64,000 nucleotides of DNA, taken from Alphaproteobacteria bacterium (GTDB taxonomy: Bacteria; Pseudomonadota; Alphaproteobacteria; CACIAM-22H2). A program made the position numbers and the translations under genes. Of the stretch, positions 11,012-21,900 are shown piece by piece (position 1 is the first letter of the stretch; every line of letters starts with the position of its first letter). The stretch is taken from the NCBI GenBank assembly GCA_041690495.1, contig JAWLHE010000007.1, forward strand, positions 50,165 through 114,164, given 5' to 3'. The notes beneath the pieces are model-generated. The model was not told where the DNA came from, searched no databases, and saw nothing but the letters and a program-made list of their open reading frames with translations.

Positions 11012-12514
11012 TCAGGTCATGTTCAAGATGATCGTTTTCTTCTGGGTGAAATGCTCAAGCATCGCCTCGAGCGAGGCCTCCTTGCCGAGCCCGGATTGCT
11101 TGATGCCGCCGTAGGAGAGACCGGGTTGAACGACCAGGTTCTGGTTGACCTGCACGAAACCCGCCTGCAGGCGGCGCGTCGCATCGAGAGCGGTCTTGAG
11201 GTCCCTGGTCCACACGGTTGCCGCGAGGCCGTAGTCCGAATCATTGGCGGCCGCAAGTACCTGCTCGTACTCCGTCCATTTGATGACGCAGGTGACCGGC
11301 CCGAAAATCTCCTCGCGCGCGACCGGACTGTCATTGTCGACACCGGTCACGATGACCGGACGCACGAACAGGCCATTCTTGAGCTTGGGATCGTCCGGCA
11401 TGGCAGAGCATTCGATCGTCTTCGCACCGGGCGTCTTTCGGCCGATCTCGATATAGGCGTTCACCTTGTCGAGCTGGGGCTTAGAGATGATGCAGCCGAT
11501 ATCGGTTGCCTCGTCCAGGGGGTCGCCCATCGTCATGGCATCGACCTTCTCTTTCAGCTTGGCGACAAATGCGTCGTGCAGGCTGGCATGGACAAAGATG
11601 CGGCTCGCGGCAGTACAGCTCTGGCCCTGGCGCGTGAAGCGCATGCCGGTAACGGCGCCGGCGACGGCGCGATCGAGATCGGCATCGGGCATGATGATCA
11701 TCGGACTCTTGCCGCCGAGTTCCAGCGTGACCGGCATCAGCTTGTCCGCGGCGGTGCGATAGATCGTTTTTCCGGTCTCGACCGAACCGGTGAAGGTAAC
11801 CTTGCCGACCTTGGGATGGGCAACAAGCGGGCCGCCGCATTCCGGTCCGAAGCCGGAGAGGATGTTGAATACGCCCGGCGGCAGCACCTGGTTCATGATC
11901 TGGCAGGTGCGCAGAACGGCGAGGGGAGTCTCCTCTGCCGACTTCACGACCACCGTATTTCCCGCGACCAGGGCGGGCGCGATCTTGTAGGCCATCAGCA
12001 TCATCGGCACGTTCCAGGGGATGATGGCGCCGACTACGCCGATCGGCTCGCGCACGGTCACCGTCAGCATTTCGGGGCTGAACGGGACGGACTCTCCCTT
12101 CAGTTCCGAGGCAAGGCCGCCGTAGAACACGAATGCGTCGGCGAGGACCGACGTCTCGCCGCGGCTCTCGGTGCGCAATGCCTTGCCGGCTTCCAGTGCC
12201 ACCAGGCGGGCCAGTTCCTCGACGTGATCATTGAGGACCCGGCCGCATTCGGCCAGGAGCTTGCCGCGCTGGCGCGCGGAGAGCTTGGCCCAGCCCTGCT
12301 GTGCCTTCACCGCCGCCGCCACCGCGGCATCGACGTCGGCCTTCTCGCCCAACGCGGCGCGGCCGATTTCCTGGCCGCTCGCCGGATTCATGACGGCGAA
12401 GGTCTTTCCGGATATCGCCGGGACCAGCGCTCCGTCGATCAGGTTGTAGCCTGACATGATCTTGGCCAGGGCGAACGGATCGGTGTTGGGCAGGAGGGCA
12501 TTGCGGGTGGCCAT
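11012..12514 (-). CDS. NAD(P)+-dependent aldehyde dehydrogenase
   Basis: 500 aa with ALDH motifs (catalytic Cys region GQSCTAASR, ELGGKSP, GTFTGSVETG Rossmann). Confidence 0.85.
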   Translation of the reverse strand: MATRNALLPNTDPFALAKIMSGYNLIDGALVPAISGKTFAVMNPASGQEIGRAALGEKADVDAAVAAAVKAQQGWAKLSARQRGKLLAECGRVLNDHVEELARLVALEAGKALRTESRGETSVLADAFVFYGGLASELKGESVPFSPEMLTVTVREPIGVVGAIIPWNVPMMLMAYKIAPALVAGNTVVVKSAEETPLAVLRTCQIMNQVLPPGVFNILSGFGPECGGPLVAHPKVGKVTFTGSVETGKTIYRTAADKLMPVTLELGGKSPMIIMPDADLDRAVAGAVTGMRFTRQGQSCTAASRIFVHASLHDAFVAKLKEKVDAMTMGDPLDEATDIGCIISKPQLDKVNAYIEIGRKTPGAKTIECSAMPDDPKLKNGLFVRPVIVTGVDNDSPVAREEIFGPVTCVIKWTEYEQVLAAANDSDYGLAATVWTRDLKTALDATRRLQAGFVQVNQNLVVQPGLSYGGIKQSGLGKEASLEAMLEHFTQKKTIILNMT

Positions 12515-12541
12515 GCTGGATCCTCGTTTATGGCGGCGGGG

Positions 12542-14062
12542 CTAGCTGGAAAACGCGTCCTTGTAACGCTCGCGCAAGATGTTCTTCTGAACCTTGCCCA
12601 TGGCGTTGCGCGGCAGCTCGTCCACGAAAAAGACGCGCTTGGGCACCTTGAAGTTCGCAAGCTCGTCCTTGAGCCGGTGAATGATGGCGTCGGCGCCGGG
12701 TTCCTCTGATCCGCTGCGGTGCTGTACGACCGCGATGACGCCTTCGCCGAAATCGGGATGCGGGATGCCGACAACCGCGGACTCCGCGACGCCGTCGATC
12801 CGGTCGATCTGATCCTCGATCTCCTTGGGATAGACGTTGAACCCGCCCGAGATGATCAGGTCCTTCGCCCGTCCGGAGATGTAAACATAGCCGCGCTCGT
12901 CGATGCGGCCGACATCGCCGGTGACGAAGAAGCCATCGGCGCGGAATTCCGCCCTAGTCTTCTCCGGCATCCGCCAGTAGCCCTTGAACACGTTGGGGCC
13001 GCGCACCTCGATCACGCCGATCTCACCGGCCGGCAGAATCCTGCCGGTGTCGTCGGCGACACGGACCTCGACGCCGGGCAGCGCCAGGCCGCAGCTGCCG
13101 GCGATGCGCTCGCCCTCGAGCGGGTTCGAGGTCAGCATCCCCGTCTCGGTCATGCCATAGCGTTCCAGGATGGTATGGCCCGTATGCCTGCGAAAGCTGT
13201 TGAACGTTTCGGTCAGCAGCGGCGCCGAGCCGGCGACGAACAGGCGCATGTGCCGGACGAGCGCAGGCGTGAAGCGCTCGTCGGCGAGCAGGCGTACGTA
13301 GAAGGTCGGCACGCCCATGAAGACGGTCGCGCGCGGCAGCAGCCGGATAATCGCATCGACGTCGAACCTGGGCAGGAACAGCATCGACGTGCCATTGAGC
13401 AGCACGCAGTTGGTCGCGACGAACAGGCCGTGGGTGTGAAAGATCGGCAGCGCATGGAGCAGCACGTCGGCGGGCTGGAAACCCCAGGCGCGATGCAGTG
13501 TCAGGGCATTGGACCCGAGATTCCAATGCGTCATCATCGCGCCCTTGGACCGCCCGGTCGTGCCCGAGGTGTACAGGATCGCGGCGAGATCGTCGCGCGC
13601 CGTTTCCACCGTGTCGAATGTCTCGGGCTGGCTCCGACTGTGCTCGGCGAGCGAGCCGCCGCCATGCGGGTCGAGCGTCAGGACATGCGGCACTTTGGTA
13701 CGGCCGGCGATGTCGCGAAACATGGCTTCGGATTCAGGCCTGCAGACCGCAACCCGGGGTTCGGCATCGCCGAGAAAGTATTCTATCTCGCCGCGCTGAT
13801 AGGCGGTGTTCAGCGGCAGATAGACGGCCCCGGCGCGAAGGCAGGCGAGATACAGGAAGATCGCTTCGGGCGATTTTTCGACCTGAACGGCCACGCGGTC
13901 GCCCTTTCTGACGCCGAGCGCGGCCAGCAGCCGGGCAAGGCGCGCCGAGCGGCGATCGAGGTCCGCGTAGCTGTAGGTCCTGCCAGTATCGGTCTCGATG
14001 AAGGTGGCGGTGCGGTCTGCCGGGAACCGGCTCTCGAACAGGCTGTAAAGATTCTCGTTCAT
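12542..14062 (-). CDS. AMP-dependent acyl-CoA synthetase, MatB-like (putative malonyl-CoA synthetase)
   Basis: AMP-binding signature LYTSGTTGRSKGAM, GPNVFKGYWRMPEKT, and a C-terminal lysine motif MGKVQKN. Overall resemblance to rhizobial malonyl-CoA synthetases recalled from memory. Substrate not certain. Confidence 0.6.
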   Translation of the reverse strand: MNENLYSLFESRFPADRTATFIETDTGRTYSYADLDRRSARLARLLAALGVRKGDRVAVQVEKSPEAIFLYLACLRAGAVYLPLNTAYQRGEIEYFLGDAEPRVAVCRPESEAMFRDIAGRTKVPHVLTLDPHGGGSLAEHSRSQPETFDTVETARDDLAAILYTSGTTGRSKGAMMTHWNLGSNALTLHRAWGFQPADVLLHALPIFHTHGLFVATNCVLLNGTSMLFLPRFDVDAIIRLLPRATVFMGVPTFYVRLLADERFTPALVRHMRLFVAGSAPLLTETFNSFRRHTGHTILERYGMTETGMLTSNPLEGERIAGSCGLALPGVEVRVADDTGRILPAGEIGVIEVRGPNVFKGYWRMPEKTRAEFRADGFFVTGDVGRIDERGYVYISGRAKDLIISGGFNVYPKEIEDQIDRIDGVAESAVVGIPHPDFGEGVIAVVQHRSGSEEPGADAIIHRLKDELANFKVPKRVFFVDELPRNAMGKVQKNILRERYKDAFSS

Positions 14063-14143
14063 GCGCCGCTACGCTGTTTCAGGGGGCCGCCTGTCATAAC
14101 GTGGCGGTCCGGCTGGTGCAACGTGGGCCGTGGTGCCGGCGCG

Positions 14144-15043
14144 TCATTCCGCCGGGAGCCGCCGGCGCTCCTGGAGCAGGCCGAACAGGCCATTCAGGGC
14201 CAAGGCCCCGACGACGATCAGCCCGCCCGTCAATGCAAGATCAGACGGACGCTCGCCGTTGGCGAGCCAGACCCAGGCCGGCCCCAGTGTCGTTTCGAGC
14301 AGGGAGAGCAGGCCGATCTCGGCGGCGGAGAGGTCGCGTGCCGCCAGGGTCATCAGCATGCACCCGACCCCGAGCTGAACGGTGCCCATGACCGACAGAA
14401 CGACGACGTCATGGATCGACGCTTCCAGGGGAAGTGCGAGCGGCAGGGCGACGACGACCGAGATGCCCCCGGCGATGACCACGGTCGGTACCATGTCGAT
14501 CGCGCCGGCATGATGCCGGACGACGACAAGGTTCGCCGCGAAGGCGAGCGGCACGCCGAGGGCGATCATCATGCCGACGAAGCCGTCGCCGCGCAGGGAG
14601 TCAGTGAACATGATGATAAGCCCCAGCGCCGCCGCCGCCATTGCCGCCCAGGTACGAGGCGCAATGTGCTCCTTGAGCACGATCCAGCCGAGCAGGGCCG
14701 CGACAAACGGCATTATGCTCATGGTAACCAGCGTGTTGGCGACGGTGGTCCGGGTCAGGGCAATGATGAAAAAGAAGAACGTCATCGCGAGGAAGGCGCC
14801 GGTGATCACGCCCCATACGCCGACATCGCGGAACTTGCTGAATACGGCCCCGCGATGCCACACGACCAGGATTGCGCCGAGCGACAGCATCATCGCGAGC
14901 GAGCGCCAGAACACGATCTCCCAGCCGTCTGTCAGGGCCGTGCTGCGCACCAGGACGCCTCCGGTGCTCCAGCATAGGCCCGCCCCGATCATCAGAATCA
15001 GCCCGCGCAGGCGATCGGAGCCGGCGATTGCGTACGTGCTCAC
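14144..15043 (-). CDS. DMT superfamily (EamA-like) transporter
   Basis: About 10 TM helices with a two-EamA-repeat organisation. Confidence 0.7.
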   Translation of the reverse strand: MSTYAIAGSDRLRGLILMIGAGLCWSTGGVLVRSTALTDGWEIVFWRSLAMMLSLGAILVVWHRGAVFSKFRDVGVWGVITGAFLAMTFFFFIIALTRTTVANTLVTMSIMPFVAALLGWIVLKEHIAPRTWAAMAAAALGLIIMFTDSLRGDGFVGMMIALGVPLAFAANLVVVRHHAGAIDMVPTVVIAGGISVVVALPLALPLEASIHDVVVLSVMGTVQLGVGCMLMTLAARDLSAAEIGLLSLLETTLGPAWVWLANGERPSDLALTGGLIVVGALALNGLFGLLQERRRLPAE

Positions 15044-15297
15044 GCTCGGGCCATGGATTTGGTGCCGGACCGGAGGGCTGGCGTCGTATTGACGGCAAGC
15101 GCGGCGAGAGGACCGACAACGCGGGCGGAGGGCGGCATTCGAAGACCCGGAGCTTCGCCAGGCAGCTACTCGCTCCGGCGGCGGAGTTGTGTAGCTATCG
15201 ACTGTTCGCCTGTCCAGCGCGCGCTCTGCATGCCGCGCCTGCGCGCTTTTGCATGCAGGCTGGCGCAGGTCCGGCGCTGCCGCTTAGAGTGGCACCG

Positions 15298-16170
15298 ATG
15301 ACGCCGCGACTGCATGAACTCAAGGTGCTTGGCCCGCATGGCTTCACGCAGGTCGCTTATGCCGAATGGGGGCCGACCGATGCCGCGCGCACGGCGATCT
15401 GCGTTCACGGCCTGACACGCAACGGACGCGACTTCGACAGGCTGGCGGCTATACTCGCGGCGCAGGGCTTCCGCGTCCTGTGTCCCGACATGCCCGGTCG
15501 TGGCCGCAGCGCCTGGCTCGCCGACCCGTCGGACTACGGCTATCCGCTCTACATGGCCGCCGGTGCGGCGCTGATCGCACGGTCCGGCGCCGCGGACGTG
15601 GCCTGGATCGGCACATCGATGGGCGGCCTGATCGGCATGATGCTCGCGGCGCAGCCGGGGACACCGGTCGCCCGGCTCGTCGTCAATGACGTCGGCCCAT
15701 TCATCCCGAAGGCTGCCCTCGAGCGAATCGGTGCATATATCGGCCATGATCTACGTTTCGATGACATGGCTGAGGTCGAAGCTTATCTGCGGCGCGTGCA
15801 CGCGCCGTTCGGGCGACTGACCGATGCGCATTGGCGGCATCTTGCGGCACACAGCGCTGTTCCGGCGGAACAGGGCAAGCTGAAGCTGCATTACGATCCC
15901 GCGATCGCGATGCCGTTCACCAAGGGAGAGCCGCGGGACGTGAACCTCTGGCCGGTCTGGGAGAACATCGGCTGTCCGGTATTGGTGATTCGCGGCGGCG
16001 CCTCGGACCTGCTGCTGCCGGAGACGGCCGCGGAAATGACCATGCGTGGCCGTGCAGCGTCGGAGGGGCGCATAGAGTTTGCCGAGTTCGACGACTGCGG
16101 CCATGCGCCGGCGCTGATGGACGAGGCGCAGATCGGACGGATCGCCGCCTTCCTCGAGCCGAGGCAATAG
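15298..16170 (+). CDS. Alpha/beta-fold hydrolase
   Basis: HGLTRNGRDF oxyanion region, GTSMGG nucleophile elbow, and a C-terminal DDCGHAP His motif. The ORF-track frame is longer (from 14872); the MTPRLHEL start at 15298 is preferred. Confidence 0.7.
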   Translation: MTPRLHELKVLGPHGFTQVAYAEWGPTDAARTAICVHGLTRNGRDFDRLAAILAAQGFRVLCPDMPGRGRSAWLADPSDYGYPLYMAAGAALIARSGAADVAWIGTSMGGLIGMMLAAQPGTPVARLVVNDVGPFIPKAALERIGAYIGHDLRFDDMAEVEAYLRRVHAPFGRLTDAHWRHLAAHSAVPAEQGKLKLHYDPAIAMPFTKGEPRDVNLWPVWENIGCPVLVIRGGASDLLLPETAAEMTMRGRAASEGRIEFAEFDDCGHAPALMDEAQIGRIAAFLEPRQ

Positions 16171-16183
16171 ACAGGCGCGATCC

Positions 16184-16972
16184 ATGCTCTTCCCGTTTCG
16201 CGACAACAACCCGACGCGCATCACCCCGATCGTCACCATCGCGCTGATCGCCATGAACGCGTTGGTGTTCCTGTACCAGCTCACCCTGCCGGGCGGTGCT
16301 GGCGAGCGCTTTATCTACACTTTCGGCATGATCCCCGCCGTACTGTTCGGCCATGCCGCGCTGCCGCCCGGCCTTGCCGAAATCCCGTCCTGGGCCACCG
16401 TAGTCACATCGATGTTCCTGCATGGCGGGATCATGCACATCGCGGGAAACATGCTGTTCCTGTGGGTGTTCGGGAACAACGTGGAGGATGCGATGGGCCA
16501 TGCGCGGTTCGTCGTATTCTACCTGCTGTGCGGCGTGGCCGCGGCCCTTGCGCAGGGATTCAGCGATCCGTCGTCGCAGATTCCGATGGTGGGCGCCTCG
16601 GGCGCGATCTCGGGCGTTCTCGGCGCCTATCTGATCCTGCATCCGCGCGCCGAGGTCCATTCGCTCCTTTTCCTCGGCTTCTTCATTCGCGTGATCGAGC
16701 TTCCCGCCATGGTCGTGCTTGGCCTCTGGTTCGGCCTGCAGGTCCTCAACGCCATGGTGATGCCGAGCGAAGGGGGCGGTGTCGCATTTCTCGCCCATAT
16801 CGGCGGGTTCATCGCCGGCGCGGCCCTGATACCGCTGTTCCGGGACAAGCGCGCAGTCGAATGGCAGAAGCACGAGCGGCTCGAGCAGGGGCCTTGGCAA
16901 CCGGGGCCTTGGGGCCGGCGCGGGCCTTGGGGGCCGCGCGGTCCGGGCAATCGGCGCGGACCGTGGGGCTGA
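16184..16972 (+). CDS. Rhomboid family intramembrane serine protease with Gly/Pro/Trp-repeat C-terminal tail
   Basis: Rhomboid motifs HGGIMHIAGNM and GASGAISGVLGAY (catalytic Ser), plus AHIGGFIAG (catalytic His). C-terminus GPWQPGPWGRRGPWGPRGPGNRRGPWG. Confidence 0.8.
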   Translation: MLFPFRDNNPTRITPIVTIALIAMNALVFLYQLTLPGGAGERFIYTFGMIPAVLFGHAALPPGLAEIPSWATVVTSMFLHGGIMHIAGNMLFLWVFGNNVEDAMGHARFVVFYLLCGVAAALAQGFSDPSSQIPMVGASGAISGVLGAYLILHPRAEVHSLLFLGFFIRVIELPAMVVLGLWFGLQVLNAMVMPSEGGGVAFLAHIGGFIAGAALIPLFRDKRAVEWQKHERLEQGPWQPGPWGRRGPWGPRGPGNRRGPWG

Positions 16973-16978
16973 GCGGGT

Positions 16979-17962
16979 TTGGCGCTCTCGACAGACGATT
17001 TCCCATCCTTCCGGCCGCGTCCGCCCTGGGTGAGCGGAGATCTTCAGACCCTGCGCAATTTCCTCCGCCGGCCCGCTTTCGATCTGTCCGCATTTCCGGC
17101 CGAACGGCTGGTTCTGCCGATGCGCGACGGCAGCGGCGATCGGCTGATCGGCGAACTCAATCGACCGCGCAACGACCCGGGCCGGCCCCTTGTCGTCCTG
17201 GTCCATGGCCTGACGGGCTGCTCCAGCGGTACCTACATGCTCGCTTCCGCTCTCAACCTGCTGCGGCACGATTACCCGGTCCTGCGGCTCAACCTGCGCG
17301 GCGCGGGTCTGGCACGACCGTTCTGCCGCCAGCAGTATCACGCCGGCCGCAGCGGGGATTTTCGCGATGCGTTGGCCGGGTTGCCGCCGGACCTGCTGGC
17401 GAATGGACTGTTCGCCGTCGGCTACTCGCTCGGCGGCAACCTGCTGCTCAAGTACCTCGCGGAGCAGGGAGACGCCGGGCCGGTTCGCGCCGCGGCGTCC
17501 GTCTCGGCGCCGATCGATCTGCACGCCGCGAGCCGGTGCCTGATGGCCCGGCGCAACCGGCTTTATCATCATTGGCTGTTGCGACGGATGCGGGAGGAGG
17601 CTTTGGCCGGGGAAGGCGTGACCGCCGACGAGCGGCAGGCTATTGCGACCGTCCGGCGGGTCTATGACTTCGATGATCGCTACGTGGCGCCTCGCAACGG
17701 CTTCCGCAGCGCCGATGATTATTACGTCCGGAGCTCGGCGCTGTCATTCCTGCCGGAAATCAGGGTTCCGGCCCTGGTCATCCACGCACAGGACGATCCT
17801 TGGATCCCCGCCGCGAGCTATAAGGGTTTCAACTGGTCCTCCAATCCCATGCTGATGCCGCTGTTGCCACGGCAGGGCGGCCATGTCGGCTTTCATGGCC
17901 TGGACACGCATGTTCCGTGGCATGATTGGTGTTTAATCAAGTTTCTCGATCGGATCCGGTAG
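16979..17962 (+). CDS. Alpha/beta hydrolase (YheT-like predicted hydrolase)
   Basis: VLVHGLTGCS, GYSLGGNLL nucleophile elbow, a C-terminal DDP region and QGGHVGF. Confidence 0.7.
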   Translation: MALSTDDFPSFRPRPPWVSGDLQTLRNFLRRPAFDLSAFPAERLVLPMRDGSGDRLIGELNRPRNDPGRPLVVLVHGLTGCSSGTYMLASALNLLRHDYPVLRLNLRGAGLARPFCRQQYHAGRSGDFRDALAGLPPDLLANGLFAVGYSLGGNLLLKYLAEQGDAGPVRAAASVSAPIDLHAASRCLMARRNRLYHHWLLRRMREEALAGEGVTADERQAIATVRRVYDFDDRYVAPRNGFRSADDYYVRSSALSFLPEIRVPALVIHAQDDPWIPAASYKGFNWSSNPMLMPLLPRQGGHVGFHGLDTHVPWHDWCLIKFLDRIR

Positions 17963-18207
17963 GAGCGCCCTTGGTTAATATTGTAAGTGAACTCGAAAGT
18001 TCGCCCTAAAGGGTTGCCGACACGCGGTTTCTTGCCCGGATTTCTTGTAAATCATGAATTCGGCACGGGGTCGTGTGCGGCGTGAAATAGGGCGGCGCGG
18101 AAATCGACCGTTAAGGCCCGCGACATAAAGTCAAATTGCTGCCGTAAACCTGCACGAGTATCCGCGCGCAGTTGTCGGGCAGTTTCTCCTGCGACGGACT
18201 TCAGCGA

Positions 18208-18495
18208 ATGAATGCGACACGACTTTCGGCAGATCCTCTTGCGCGCGGGACGCGCGACCTCACCGCCTCGCGGCCGGTCCTGAGCAGCAGTGCAGGCCTG
18301 AGCGGCGGCTTGCTGGCAAGCCTGCTGCGCGCGCTGCTGCCGTTCCGGTCTTGGGACAACAAGGCAAGTTCGCTGCAGCGCGCGGAGCCGAGCCTGCGTG
18401 CGGCCCCGGCAGGGGAGATGGGCGACGCGGGCGAGACGCGCCGCGAGCCTTATCTCATGGGCCAGCGCCGGGCGGCTCCAGACGCGGCGGACTGA
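18208..18495 (+). CDS. Hypothetical small protein (about 95 aa)
   Basis: High GC3 over most of the frame. No recognisable domain. Convergent with hemB. Weak call. Confidence 0.25.
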   Translation: MNATRLSADPLARGTRDLTASRPVLSSSAGLSGGLLASLLRALLPFRSWDNKASSLQRAEPSLRAAPAGEMGDAGETRREPYLMGQRRAAPDAAD

Positions 18496-18501
18496 CCAGC
18501 C

Positions 18502-19599
<1,098 letters not shown>

Positions 19600-19651
19600 C
19601 TATGGCGGCCCGTCGTTGACTTGGCCGCGATTAGCGCCGTAGATCAACCGC

Positions 19652-20791
19652 ATGGATTTCGAGCTTTCCGAAGAGCAGCGCGCCATCCAGGACACCGCGC
19701 GCGAATTCGCTGCCGAGGAGTTTGCACCTCGCGCCGCGGCGTGGGACGAGAGCGAGACGTTTCCCGTGGAGCAATTGCGGAAGGCCGCCGCGCTGGGCTT
19801 CGCTGGTATCTATGTCCGAGATGACGTCGGCGGTTCGGATCTGAAGCGCCTCGATGCGGCACTCATCTTCGAGGAGCTCGCCGTCGGCTGTACTTCGACC
19901 GCGGCATACATCTCCATCCACAACATGGCGTCGTGGATGATCGACAGTTTCGGCAACGACGATCAGCGCCGCCAATGGCTGCCCGACCTCGCGTCGATGA
20001 AGACGTTCGCCAGCTACTGCCTGACCGAGCCGGGTGCCGGCTCCGACGCGGCGGCGCTAAAGACCCGGGCGGTCAAGAGCGGCAACTCCTACGTCCTCAA
20101 CGGCAGCAAGGCGTTCATCTCCGGCGGCGGCTCCAGCGACATCTATGTCTGCATGGTGCGCACGGGCGGCGAGGGGCCAAAGGGCATCTCGACGATCGTG
20201 GTCGAGAAGGATACGCCGGGCCTGTCCTTCGGCAAGAAGGAGAGAAAGCTCGGCTGGAATAGCCAGCCGACCGCGATGGTGATCTTCGAGGACTGCCGCG
20301 TGCCGATCGGAAACCGCATCGGCGAGGAGGGCGACGGCTTCAAGATTGCAATGAAAGGGCTGGACGGCGGCCGCATCAACATCGCCGCGTGCTCGCTCGG
20401 GGCGGCGCGCGCCTGCCTCGATGCCGCGCGCGAGCATCTGGGAGTACGAACCGCTTTCGGCAAAAAGCTCGCCGAGTTCCAGGCGCTGCAGTTCAAGCTG
20501 GCCGACATGGCGACCGAGCTGGAAGCGGCGCGCCTGATGGTGCACCGTGCCGCCAGCCGGCTCGACGCGCACGATCCCGAGGCGACGATGTATTGCGCGA
20601 TGGCGAAGCGCTTCGCAACAGATGTCGGGTTCAAGGTCTGCAACGAGGCACTGCAGCTTTTCGGCGGCTACGGCTATCTGAAGGACCATCCGATCGAGCG
20701 CTACCTCCGCGATACCCGTGTCCATCAGATTCTGGAAGGCACCAACGAGATCATGCGCCTGATTATCGCAAGGCGGTTGCTCGGGATTTGA
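19652..20791 (+). CDS. Acyl-CoA dehydrogenase, short/branched-chain (isobutyryl-CoA dehydrogenase-like)
   Basis: ACAD family motifs throughout ([11 protein letters not shown], catalytic Glu near the C-terminus). Head of the valine-catabolic operon context. Confidence 0.85.
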   Translation: MDFELSEEQRAIQDTAREFAAEEFAPRAAAWDESETFPVEQLRKAAALGFAGIYVRDDVGGSDLKRLDAALIFEELAVGCTSTAAYISIHNMASWMIDSFGNDDQRRQWLPDLASMKTFASYCLTEPGAGSDAAALKTRAVKSGNSYVLNGSKAFISGGGSSDIYVCMVRTGGEGPKGISTIVVEKDTPGLSFGKKERKLGWNSQPTAMVIFEDCRVPIGNRIGEEGDGFKIAMKGLDGGRINIAACSLGAARACLDAAREHLGVRTAFGKKLAEFQALQFKLADMATELEAARLMVHRAASRLDAHDPEATMYCAMAKRFATDVGFKVCNEALQLFGGYGYLKDHPIERYLRDTRVHQILEGTNEIMRLIIARRLLGI

Positions 20792-20814
20792 AGTTTATCG
20801 AGGCAAGCAAGACG

Positions 20815-21867
20815 ATGAACGACGTGACGACACTCAAGACCGACGAGCTCCTGTTCGAGCGGCGCGGTCGCCTCGGCGTGATCACCATGAACCGGCCGAA
20901 GGCGCTCAATGCGCTGACGCACGAGATGAGCCTGGCGATCGATCGCGTGCTGAAGGACTGGGCGGCCGATCCCAAGGTCGCGACCGTCGCCATCGCCGGA
21001 GAGGGCGAGCGCGCCTTCTGCGCTGGCGGCGACATCCGTGCCCTCCATCAATCAGGGCCGAAGGGCCAGCTCACGCGCGATTTCTACTGGAACGAATACA
21101 GGATGAACCGGCGCATCTTCCGCTTTCCCAAGCCGTACGTGGCGCTGATGGACGGCATCACCATGGGCGGCGGGGTCGGGGTCGGCGTGCCGGCGCGCTA
21201 CCGCGTCGTCACCGAGAAGACGCTGCTGGCGATGCCGGAAACGGGGATCGGCCTCTTTCCAGATGTCGGCGCCAGCTATTACCTTTCGCATATGCCAGGT
21301 CAGCTCGGCATCTATCTCGGCCTCACCGGCGCGCGCGTTCGGGCCGCCGATATCCTGTATTCCGGGCTTGGAACGCACTTCATGCCGTCGGCGAAGCTGC
21401 CGGATTTCCTGACGGCGCTGGAGGGAGCCGCGCCGGACGAGCTGCTTGGGCGCCTTGCGGAGCCATGTCCGGAACAAGCGCCGCTGACACAGCATAGGCT
21501 CGTGATCGACCGCTGCTTCGCGGGCAGCACGGTCGAGGAGATCATGCAGGCGCTCGCGAGGGAGGGCGGTGCCTGGGCCGACCAGGTGCTCGCGTCGCTT
21601 CAGCAAAAATCGCCGATGAGTCTGAAGGTGACGTTGCGAGAGCTGCGCGAGGCATCGCGGCTCACCTTCGAGCAGTGCATGGTGATGGAGTACCGGCTGG
21701 TACAGCGCTTCATGGCCGATCCGGATTTCTTCGAAGGTGTGCGCGCGCTGATCATCGACAAGGACAACAAGCCGAGTTGGCATCCCGCGACTCTCGCCGA
21801 GGTGACGCCGGCAATGGTGGACGCATACTTCGAGCCGCTCGAACACGATCTGACGTTCGAGGACTGA
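20815..21867 (+). CDS. 3-hydroxyisobutyryl-CoA hydrolase (crotonase superfamily)
   Basis: Enoyl-CoA hydratase/isomerase fold (FCAGGDIRAL, ALMDGITMGGGVG) with the HIBCH-type C-terminal extension. The ORF-track frame is longer (from 20389); the MNDVTTL start at 20815 is preferred. Confidence 0.8.
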   Translation: MNDVTTLKTDELLFERRGRLGVITMNRPKALNALTHEMSLAIDRVLKDWAADPKVATVAIAGEGERAFCAGGDIRALHQSGPKGQLTRDFYWNEYRMNRRIFRFPKPYVALMDGITMGGGVGVGVPARYRVVTEKTLLAMPETGIGLFPDVGASYYLSHMPGQLGIYLGLTGARVRAADILYSGLGTHFMPSAKLPDFLTALEGAAPDELLGRLAEPCPEQAPLTQHRLVIDRCFAGSTVEEIMQALAREGGAWADQVLASLQQKSPMSLKVTLRELREASRLTFEQCMVMEYRLVQRFMADPDFFEGVRALIIDKDNKPSWHPATLAEVTPAMVDAYFEPLEHDLTFED

Positions 21868-21900
21868 ACGGAAGCAAACGGAACAAGGGGAGGCAGACTC

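Noticed and set aside
9782-12454. 890-aa ORF on the plus strand, plus many other very long ORFs such as 1431-2870, 2554-3768, 12719-14977, 15917-17572, 21052-22668, 30651-32069, 34889-36502, 41879-44311, 42201-43982, 46020-47468, 52124-54073, 54641-56686, 58068-59264 and 59185-60609
   Set aside because: All lie antisense to, or frame-shifted over, confidently identified genes. Their products are Arg/Ala/Gly/Pro-rich nonsense typical of stop-codon-poor alternative frames in about 65 percent GC DNA.
14872-15297. N-terminal 142-aa extension of the alpha/beta hydrolase ORF
   Set aside because: The extension is Arg/Ser/Pro-rich with no hydrolase homology and overlaps the divergent DMT gene. The true start at 15298 (MTPRLHEL) gives a normal hydrolase N-terminus.
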